A DNA stretch of 64,000 bases, taken from the NCBI GenBank assembly GCA_016213785.1, contig JACQZQ010000071.1, positions 15,377-79,376 of the forward strand, given 5' to 3'. Origin of the DNA: Acidobacteriota bacterium. Its GTDB lineage: Bacteria; Acidobacteriota; Blastocatellia; Chloracidobacteriales; JADJPF01. Under the pieces are notes generated by a model that did not search any database, had not been told where the DNA came from, and saw only the letters and a program-made list of their open reading frames with translations. The stretch's first letter is position 1. Each line of letters opens with the position of its first letter. A program made the position numbers and the translations under genes. Positions 56,706 to 64,000 of the stretch are shown one piece after another.

Positions 56706-57869
56706 ATGAATGAAAAACTAAGAAAGCTATTATTTAGAGAAGAGAATAAAAATGACCTAGACCCACAGCCACAACAAAGCGCCGAGAGTCATTTAGTTAT
56801 TCATAAAACAAGCTCTGCTCAAAGGTGTGAAATTTGCCATCAATCAGACTTATTTAATCCACAAACAGGAGAATGTAGCCGGTGTGGAGTAATGCCTAAA
56901 ACTACTGTTAAAGAATCCCAACAGGTTACTGAACAAATAGCTGAACAAATAATAGCAAGTAATAGGATTAGATTAATAAGTTTTATTGCAATACTAGCTC
57001 TTGGGAGTATTTTATATAAATTTCTAGTTTGGGGGCGCTTAGACCAAACAGCAGCGTTATTTATTGGGCTACCAACCATTTTAGCCATTTTAGCTGCTTT
57101 TATTCCTAAACAAAAAACTTTTACTGGAACAATTCTTAAAGGTCTAACATTGTCTTTACTAATGGCTGCAATTTTTTCTGCTGCGTTTTTAGGAGAAGGC
57201 GTTATATGTATTTTTATGGCTGCACCTCTTTTTTATGTAGTTGGAATTATAATAGGCGTAATACTTGATATTATTAATAAAAACCCTGAAGATCTTCCTC
57301 CTAGAAATAATAAAAGACCGTTATCAGCAATTGTTTTTATCCCTTTTTTAATAATGAGTTTAGAAGGTTTAACAGAAAATCTTTCTTTTTCTCGTAATGA
57401 AATAGTTAGCGTGGAAAAAGTAGTTTTAGCTAATAGTCAAATGGTAGAAAAAACTCTAGCAAATTTTCCTCAGTTTACTACTGAATTACCCTTTTATTTA
57501 ACTCTACAATTTCCTCGCCCAGAAGTTGCTTATGGTAATGGGCTTAAGCTTGGCGATACTCGCACAATACTTTTTGCTGGAGGAGAAGGCTTACCAGGAA
57601 CACTAGTTTTAAGAGTTGTTAGTTCTGAGTCTAATCGTGTAGTTTTTCAAGCTATTTCAGATAAAAGTGAAATTAACAAATGGCTTTCTTGGCAAGAATC
57701 AATAGTTGAGTGGCAAGAAATAGACCCTAACCACACTAAAGTACGTTGGACAATTAAATATAAACGTAACCTAGACCCTTCTTGGTATTTTGCTCCTTGG
57801 CAACGTTATGCAGTAGGTTTATCAGCAGAATACCTAATTGATAATCTAGCAACACCTAAAGAAAAATAA
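56706..57869 (+). CDS. Membrane protein with N-terminal CxxC/CxxC and C-terminal SRPBCC/START-like domain
   Basis: CEIC…CSRC; about 5 TMs including EGVICIFMAAP; C-terminal PRP…YKRNLDPSWYFAP. Confidence 0.7.
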   Translation: MNEKLRKLLFREENKNDLDPQPQQSAESHLVIHKTSSAQRCEICHQSDLFNPQTGECSRCGVMPKTTVKESQQVTEQIAEQIIASNRIRLISFIAILALGSILYKFLVWGRLDQTAALFIGLPTILAILAAFIPKQKTFTGTILKGLTLSLLMAAIFSAAFLGEGVICIFMAAPLFYVVGIIIGVILDIINKNPEDLPPRNNKRPLSAIVFIPFLIMSLEGLTENLSFSRNEIVSVEKVVLANSQMVEKTLANFPQFTTELPFYLTLQFPRPEVAYGNGLKLGDTRTILFAGGEGLPGTLVLRVVSSESNRVVFQAISDKSEINKWLSWQESIVEWQEIDPNHTKVRWTIKYKRNLDPSWYFAPWQRYAVGLSAEYLIDNLATPKEK

Positions 57870-57902
57870 AGTTGTTTTAAGACTTTTATAGGAGAGCGGA
57901 AA

Positions 57903-58271
57903 ATGTTAGTTAAAGTTATTCTAAATACACTTGGGACGCTATTTTTAATACTTGGAATACTAGGGATAATCTTACCGCTACTTCCTGCCACTCCTTTTTT
58001 ACTTTTAGCCTCAGCTTGTTACTTAAGAGGCTCAAGCAGCTTACATAACTGGCTAATGAGCCATAAATACCTAGGCCCTTATATAACTAATATTAAAGAT
58101 AAACGAGCTATGCCGCTTAAAGCTAAAATTATTACAATATTTTTCTTATGGCTATCACTGCTATTTTCTATATACCGAATAAACCATTTAGCCTTAGATT
58201 TAGTCTTGCTAACAGTTGGCCTAGGCGTTACAACGCTTATTCTAAAACTCAAAACTTTACAAGATAATTAA
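57903..58271 (+). CDS. ybaN: YbaN/DUF454-family membrane protein
   Basis: LGIILPLLPATPFLLLASACY, HKYLGPYI, MPLKAK. Confidence 0.85.
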   Translation: MLVKVILNTLGTLFLILGILGIILPLLPATPFLLLASACYLRGSSSLHNWLMSHKYLGPYITNIKDKRAMPLKAKIITIFFLWLSLLFSIYRINHLALDLVLLTVGLGVTTLILKLKTLQDN

Positions 58272-58312
58272 TATTTTTATTAACATCTTAGTGTGTTTTA
58301 CTAGCGGCTAAT

Positions 58313-59632
58313 ATGGTTTTACTACCTAGTCAAATTAATCCTACCTTAATCCGTACTTTCTCTTTGTTTCTACCTATAGCATTTTCTATTGCTCTATGTT
58401 TTTTACGTAAGGCTAATAGAAAGTTAATTGTAGGAGCAATGTTAGCATCTTTATGGAGTTTAGTTTCTTTAGTAGCATTAGAAAGTTTAGTTAATTATTT
58501 TAATTGGTGGCATTTTCAGGCTATTGGAGGTCTTTTATATGGTATTCCCCTAGATTTATTGATTGGTTGGTCACTACTTTGGGGAGCTATTCCTATTTTT
58601 ATTTCAAAAAACTTAAGGCTACCAATTTGGCTAGTAGTAATGCTAGTATTTGATCTATTTTTTATGCCGTTATATACTCCAGTACTTGAGCTTAATCAAA
58701 ACTGGATTTTAGGGGAAATTGTCCTTTTATTAGCGAGTTTTATTCCTGCTCAATTACTAGGGCGATGGACAATAGAAGGCCGTCAATTATTTGCTCGTAC
58801 TTTTCTACAAGTTGTTTGTTTTAGTATTTTGTCTCTATTTATTTTACCTTTAGTTATTTTTGAACAAGTTGGAGGTGATTGGAAAATACTTTTTACCCGT
58901 CCTAATTGGCTTAATAGCCTAAACATACAGCTTTTAGCCCTTCCTGCTTTATTAGGAGTAAGTGCTGTTCAAGAGTTTGTTTTACGTGGGTATGGAACAC
59001 CTATTCCATATGATCCACCTAAACGTCTTGTTACAAGCGGCTTTTACCGATATGTCGCTAATCCAATGCAACTATCAATGGCCTTAGTTTTATTTGGGTA
59101 TGGAATGATGCTAAAGCATTTTTGGCTTTCCTTCTCTGGGCTAGTAGCTTTTGCTTATGGTGCTGGAATTGCTAATTGGGATGAAAAGCAAGATTTATAT
59201 TCCAGATTTGGGCAAGACTGGATTAATTACCGTAAAGAAGTAAAAAACTGGCTCCCTCGTTGGAAACCTTGGCACCTTGCTAGAGCAGTAGATGAGCCTA
59301 CTATATCAAGTGCAAAACTCTATTTTGATGAGGATTGTAATCAATGTAGTGAATTAGCTAACTGGTTTAAGATACGTAGTCCAATAGGATTAGTTTTAGT
59401 TCCTGCTCAAGACCACCCAAGACAAGATCTTAAACGATTAACTTATGATCCTTGTGATGGAACAACAGAAGAGGAAGGTATTTGCGCCTTTGCTAGAGCC
59501 TTAGAGCACATAAATTTTGCGTATGCTTTTATAGGGGCTTTTATGCGGCTACCTTTAGTTAATCAATTTATTCAACTGATTTCTGATGCAAGTGGAGGCG
59601 AGCCAAGAAAAGTTTGCCGTAGAAAAACCTAG
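58313..59632 (+). CDS. Multi-TM ICMT/PEMT-family methyltransferase fused to a DCC1-like (DUF393) thiol-disulfide domain
   Basis: GTPIPYDPPKRLVTSGFYRYVANPMQ, RFGQDWINYRKEV…WLP; C-terminal YFDEDCNQC. Confidence 0.75.
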   Translation: MVLLPSQINPTLIRTFSLFLPIAFSIALCFLRKANRKLIVGAMLASLWSLVSLVALESLVNYFNWWHFQAIGGLLYGIPLDLLIGWSLLWGAIPIFISKNLRLPIWLVVMLVFDLFFMPLYTPVLELNQNWILGEIVLLLASFIPAQLLGRWTIEGRQLFARTFLQVVCFSILSLFILPLVIFEQVGGDWKILFTRPNWLNSLNIQLLALPALLGVSAVQEFVLRGYGTPIPYDPPKRLVTSGFYRYVANPMQLSMALVLFGYGMMLKHFWLSFSGLVAFAYGAGIANWDEKQDLYSRFGQDWINYRKEVKNWLPRWKPWHLARAVDEPTISSAKLYFDEDCNQCSELANWFKIRSPIGLVLVPAQDHPRQDLKRLTYDPCDGTTEEEGICAFARALEHINFAYAFIGAFMRLPLVNQFIQLISDASGGEPRKVCRRKT

Positions 59633-59652
59633 TATATTTAATTTGTAAATTA

Positions 59653-59687
59653 AAAAAACGATAGCAGAAGAATTGCTATCGTTTTTT
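59653..59687. terminator. Bidirectional intrinsic terminator
   Basis: AAAAAACGATAGCA-N7-TGCTATCGTTTTTT between convergent genes. Confidence 0.88.
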
Positions 59688-59716
59688 ATTGGTAACTACT
59701 AGTTAATTACCTATAT

Positions 59717-60208
59717 TTATTGTCTTTCAGCAGTTCCAGAAACTACCGCTCCAGGAACGCCTCCAATTAAGGTTAGCTTTAATTCTTTACGTTTGTCAGC
59801 AAGTACAAAAAAGAATGTATCTGTACGACCAGCAGGCCCAGTAATAGCATCTACAACTTGACAAACTAATTTACCAGTTCCATTAGATGCAACATCAGTT
59901 ATTTGACAATTAAAAGTGCCTCCAGGAATTGGCCCTACTCCACCAACTACTAAAGTTCTTGAACCTGTAACTCTTGCTTGGTTATCTACATCAAATTGTC
60001 CAACTATTGAAATAGTAGAAAAGGTTGAATTTGTTCCAGGAACAACACCATTTAATTGCAAAGCATAGCTTCCTTGTAATGGGTTACTACTTTGTGCTTC
60101 TGTTTTTAATAGCGACTTGCTAGAACTAAATATTAGTAAAAAAGAAAATACCAAAACTATAAATGCGATGACAGAGAATTTATAAACCTTTGTCATTTTA
60201 CCCTCCAA
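59717..60208 (-). CDS. Exported hypothetical beta-barrel protein
   Basis: N-terminal hydrophobic signal, LQGSYAL…, C-terminal VVSGTAERQ; true start probably the ATG at MTKV. Confidence 0.75.
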   Translation of the reverse strand: MEGKMTKVYKFSVIAFIVLVFSFLLIFSSSKSLLKTEAQSSNPLQGSYALQLNGVVPGTNSTFSTISIVGQFDVDNQARVTGSRTLVVGGVGPIPGGTFNCQITDVASNGTGKLVCQVVDAITGPAGRTDTFFFVLADKRKELKLTLIGGVPGAVVSGTAERQ

Positions 60209-60480
60209 AATAATATGAATAAAGTAGAGTTAATTATCTACAAATTTCTTCTCTCATCAATAGGCAACTACATATAGCTACCGGTACAAACCTCTATACC
60301 TATCTACTTTATATAAAATTACTGTACTTGTGTTTTAATTTTTTTCTAAAACATATCTCTATCGGAAAAATTTCTGCCCTACTAAGTAACAAATAGTAAT
60401 CATTAGGCATCCAACCATTTAGTGCCCTAAAACTAACTTCTTGTTAAACTTTTAACTCCTAAATCTAAAGAGGTATAACT

Positions 60481-61368
60481 GTGAATATAAACTCTCACTC
60501 TAGTAAACTTCTTATATCAAGAAGAGAGCTATTAAAATCTATTGGAGCAATAACCCTAAGTACACTAATTAGACCTTCTTCACTAGTCACAGCAACTCCT
60601 GTAAAAAGGGAGTTTCGGTTCATTGTCTTAGGCGATTGGGGTTGTGGTAGCCCTGAGCAAATGAGAGTAGCTAAACAAATGTTTCTTGCTCATCAAAATA
60701 AACCCATAGACTTTATTCTAACTGTTGGTGATAACATTTATAGGACAGGAAATAAAAAATACTACCCTGATTTCTTTGAAAAAACTTATGATAATCTGCT
60801 TAAGGAAGATGTAAAGTTTTTTGCTACCCTAGGCAATCATGATGTTATTGATGGTCGTTATGATCAAATCAATTATTCTTTATTTAATATGGGTGGAAAG
60901 CAATTCTATACAATAAAAAGAGGCCAAGGACTAGTAGAATTTTTTATGTTAGATGCAACTAGTATGGATAACCAGCAATTAGCTTGGTTTGAAAATTCAC
61001 TTAAAGCTAGTGATGCATTCTGGAAAATAGCTTTATTCCATTTCCCTATTTACTCTTCTGGTAAACATCATGGCTCAGACCTTGATTTAAGAAAGAAACT
61101 AGAACCTTTACTAGTTAAATATAATGTTAGAGCCGCATTTACTGGGCATGAACATATTTATGAAAGAACCCACCTACAAAAAGGTGTGCAGCATTTTGTT
61201 ACTGGTGGAGGCGGAGCATCACTCTATGATATAGAATCAAAAAGCCCTCTTACTGCCGCTAGCTATGTAGGGTGGCATTTTATGTTAGTTGAAATTGATG
61301 ATAAAGCTATTAAGTTTCAAACAATTAATGATAACGGGGTTATAGTTGATAGCGGCACTTTTAAGTAA
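60481..61368 (+). CDS. Calcineurin-like metallophosphoesterase (purple acid phosphatase-like) with Tat-type signal
   Basis: SRRELLK; LGDWG, VGDNIY, LGNHD, GHEHIYER. Confidence 0.9.
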   Translation: MNINSHSSKLLISRRELLKSIGAITLSTLIRPSSLVTATPVKREFRFIVLGDWGCGSPEQMRVAKQMFLAHQNKPIDFILTVGDNIYRTGNKKYYPDFFEKTYDNLLKEDVKFFATLGNHDVIDGRYDQINYSLFNMGGKQFYTIKRGQGLVEFFMLDATSMDNQQLAWFENSLKASDAFWKIALFHFPIYSSGKHHGSDLDLRKKLEPLLVKYNVRAAFTGHEHIYERTHLQKGVQHFVTGGGGASLYDIESKSPLTAASYVGWHFMLVEIDDKAIKFQTINDNGVIVDSGTFK

Positions 61369-61450
61369 TTATCTACTATCCAAAATCAGTAAGAAAACTA
61401 GTAAGAGCTAGTAAAAACCAGTAAGAATAAAGCAAAGGTTTCTACTAGAT

Positions 61451-62464
61451 TTAGAGACTAGCTATTTGGTTTATTCTACTACGTAGTGCTAGGACAAATT
61501 TTTGTGCTTGGTCAGGAGAGTAATTAGCAGCACGAAAAGCATCATTTAATTGTTTATCAGAGAGCTTAGAAAGTAGTTCGCCTATCCATCTAACATTCTC
61601 TCTAGGAACTCCTTTTGCTATTTTGCCTGCTTTAGAACGCTCAAAATAATAGGATGGATAGAAAATAAGAAAAATTAATGGCCTTGTATGAAATGAAAAG
61701 TCCACTTTATCTATACTTACTTTCTTAACAAATTTTGAATTACTAAAATCCTTAATATTATTTTTTGAGCGCCCAAACATCTCAATACCCGTTTTTCCAA
61801 AAGAGGCACCTAAATCTGCCACATAGTATTTTGACTTACCTTTATTTTCTAGAATAACATTGTTTTCTTGTTTTAGATCCCAGTTGTTAATTAACATCAT
61901 CATTACTTTTAAGCCATCAAACTCTTTTGTCCCAATAAAAGGGTTTTTATGCCATTTCCAACGATCTATCTTTTTTTCCTTTCTAACTAACTCCATTCTT
62001 GCGCCATAAAAGGTTTTTGTTGAAAAAATTTTTGTACCTTTTGAATTCTCGTCAAAAACTCCTTCAACTTGAATTTCAGGCAAATAATATGTCATATCTG
62101 TGTAATAGCCTGCTGCCCATAAGAGCCGAACTGCTACAGTTTCACACTGTGACTCTTCGCCAACTTTAACTTTCCACTTTATCCCATGTGCATCTTCAAC
62201 TGTAAATTTCTTTTGTGAGCCACTAGTATCTTTTTTTAAGTACTTAAAAGGTGCTATTGGCAGATTTTGACTGCCACCTTCTCCAAAATAAAGATCTAGC
62301 TCTGATATATTTAATGGCTCTTTCCATAATGATTCAATGCTAGGAATATTACTTTGCTCTTTATTAAAATTATTTGGCTTAGGTTGTGCAAGTAAAGTAC
62401 TTGTTAGGACTAAGATAAAGAGTAAAGAATAGAATATTCTAGTTTTAAGAGTATTGTTAGACAT
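61451..62464 (-). CDS. Exported protein with atypical kinase-like motifs
   Basis: Signal peptide; SGSQKKF, WKVKVGEE…ETVA, NWDLKQENN, ADLGASFG; start overlaps the upstream ABC gene stop by 8 nt. Confidence 0.7.
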   Translation of the reverse strand: MSNNTLKTRIFYSLLFILVLTSTLLAQPKPNNFNKEQSNIPSIESLWKEPLNISELDLYFGEGGSQNLPIAPFKYLKKDTSGSQKKFTVEDAHGIKWKVKVGEESQCETVAVRLLWAAGYYTDMTYYLPEIQVEGVFDENSKGTKIFSTKTFYGARMELVRKEKKIDRWKWHKNPFIGTKEFDGLKVMMMLINNWDLKQENNVILENKGKSKYYVADLGASFGKTGIEMFGRSKNNIKDFSNSKFVKKVSIDKVDFSFHTRPLIFLIFYPSYYFERSKAGKIAKGVPRENVRWIGELLSKLSDKQLNDAFRAANYSPDQAQKFVLALRSRINQIASL

Positions 62465-63998
62465 GAACTACTTCCTCCTTTTTATTAATGGAGTACAAGC
62501 CTTTATAAGTTTTTTCTATTTCTTCTTCTTGATTTTGTATTTCATACAAATGTGTATATAACTTATTTTGGGCTAAGAGTTCTTCATGAGTGCCTGATTC
62601 AACAATCTCACCTTGGTTTAGAACAAAAATATTATCCGCCTGCTTAATAGTAGAAAGCCTATGTGCAATAACAATAGTTGTTCTACCTTCCATAAGCCGT
62701 GCTAATGCATCAAGGACAACCTCTTCTGACGCAGCATCAAGCCCTGAAGTCGGTTCATCAAGAATTAGTATTGGAGCATCCCTAATAATAGCGCGAGCAA
62801 TTGCAAGTCTTTGACGTTGACCACAAGATAAAGTAACCCCTCTTTCTCCTATAATTGTATCAAAACCCTTAGGCATTTTTTCGATAAATTCAGTAGCATT
62901 AGCAAGTTTGGCAGCACGGCGAATATCTTCACAAGTTGCATTTGGCTTACCATAAGCAATATTTTGCCAAATAGGAGCATGGAAAAGATATGGATCTTGT
63001 AGTACAAAGCTTACCTGATTACGTAAAGAATCTGTTGTATAGTCTTTAGTATCTTTTTCATCTATAAGGATTTTACCGCAAAGAGGATCATAAAACCTAG
63101 GTATTAAGCTTATGATTGTTGACTTACCACTGCCAGTTGGGCCAACAAAAGCCACAAATTGTCCAGGTTTGATATTAAAATTAATGTCTTTTAGTACAAG
63201 CTGATTCTGATCATAACTAAAGTGAATGTTCTTAAACTCTATTTCGCCCTTTACTTTTTCAACAGCAATTGCATTTGGATTTTCTGGTATTTGGTTTTCT
63301 ATTTTCATTATTTCAATAATGCGTTCCAATGCAATTTGTGCCTTTGAAGTTGTGTCTATCATTTTAGAAAGCTCTCGCATAGGTTTATACATCATTCTTA
63401 AATAAAGTAAGAAAATGATTAAATCCCCTGCTGAGAAATTACTCCTAAGAACCAAACCAGCGCCATACCAAAGCACAATACAAGTACCAAGAGCAATAAT
63501 TATATCTACAGTTGGCGAGAGTCTTGCTTTTAAGCTACGAGCAAGTAGTGTTAGCCTTATACTTTCCTCAGTTTCTTTTCTTAATCTTTCGACTTCATAA
63601 TTTTCTCTAGCAAATGCTTTAACAATCCGAATTGAAGAGATTGCTTCTTGTACTAAAGAAATAATATCGCTTTCTTTTTTTCTTACTTCACGAGAAGCTT
63701 TTTTGATACTACGAGTAAGCCGATAGACTTGAAAAAAGAGTAAAGGTGTTATTGAAAGAGCTATTAAGGTAAAATGCCAATTGAGATAAGACATTATCCC
63801 AATCATCCCAATTAACATAAAAATATTAATAACCATGCCAAGCAAAGCACTTGTAACAAAGCTTTGAACTGAATCAATATCATTTGTTACTCTGCTAAGA
63901 AGGTCGCCTGTTTTAGCTTGATCAAAGTAGGAAAGAGAAAGTTTTTGAAGATGATTATAGAGTTTTTGCCTTAAATCAAGCATTATCCATTGACCAGC
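62457..63998 (-). CDS. ABC exporter, fused permease/ATPase (MsbA-like; 5'-partial)
   Basis: TGDLLSRVTND, GPTGSGKS, LSCGQRQR, ILDEPTSGLD, IAHRLST; frame open to the window edge. Confidence 0.93.
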   Translation of the reverse strand, partial: AGQWIMLDLRQKLYNHLQKLSLSYFDQAKTGDLLSRVTNDIDSVQSFVTSALLGMVINIFMLIGMIGIMSYLNWHFTLIALSITPLLFFQVYRLTRSIKKASREVRKKESDIISLVQEAISSIRIVKAFARENYEVERLRKETEESIRLTLLARSLKARLSPTVDIIIALGTCIVLWYGAGLVLRSNFSAGDLIIFLLYLRMMYKPMRELSKMIDTTSKAQIALERIIEIMKIENQIPENPNAIAVEKVKGEIEFKNIHFSYDQNQLVLKDINFNIKPGQFVAFVGPTGSGKSTIISLIPRFYDPLCGKILIDEKDTKDYTTDSLRNQVSFVLQDPYLFHAPIWQNIAYGKPNATCEDIRRAAKLANATEFIEKMPKGFDTIIGERGVTLSCGQRQRLAIARAIIRDAPILILDEPTSGLDAASEEVVLDALARLMEGRTTIVIAHRLSTIKQADNIFVLNQGEIVESGTHEELLAQNKLYTHLYEIQNQEEEIEKTYKGLYSINKKEEVVHV

Positions 63999-64000
63999 CT

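Noticed and set aside
60210-60480. Riboswitch or ncRNA in the divergent intergenic region
   Set aside because: Only a weak hairpin (TTAGGCA…TGCCCTAA); I recognise no riboswitch consensus. An Rfam/Infernal scan would be needed.
61384-61428. Short imperfect AGTAA(G/A)A repeats between convergent genes
   Set aside because: Four irregular, degenerate copies; too weak to call functional.
3319-63600. Other short ORF-track entries nested in or antisense to long genes (e.g. 3319, 3368, 8056, 8779, 16202, 20782, 21745, 28359, 30666, 32362, 32478, 35796, 37274, 43121, 43666, 45132, 47113, 47151, 48096, 56840, 57806, 62590, 63415)
   Set aside because: All overlap well-supported genes and lack RBSs or recognisable motifs; treated as spurious.

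Overview
AT-rich bacterial chromosomal window with about 49 protein-coding genes. The gene content (several Hanks-type kinases, DUF4388-TPR, SBBP and DUF6600 proteins) suggests an Acidobacteriota/Blastocatellia-like organism, which is an inference. Housekeeping genes (ppx, holA, galU, sucC, leuS, thrC, ppgK-like) are interspersed with signalling and accessory genes. I saw no rRNA, tRNA, CRISPR array or transposase. Two candidates are missing from the ORF track. (1) An 80-codon, two-helix membrane ORF at 15067-15309 has an in-frame TGA forming C-A-T-(TGA)-P, a CxxU motif followed by a stem-loop, in a window where none of the 47 long genes ends in TGA; it is a candidate new small selenoprotein. 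(2) A cluster at about 24095-27598, headed by a sigma54-type promoter, encodes an NBD-less ABC membrane domain and two different 2OG-Fe(II) oxygenases flanking a 46-aa acidic peptide gene with its own promoter, strong RBS and 3' hairpin; it is a candidate RiPP-like system. Also notable are a signal-peptide-bearing atypical kinase coupled to an ABC exporter opposite a Tat-type phosphatase, and a REP/tandem-repeat mosaic after leuS. All family assignments come from motif recognition, not database searches.
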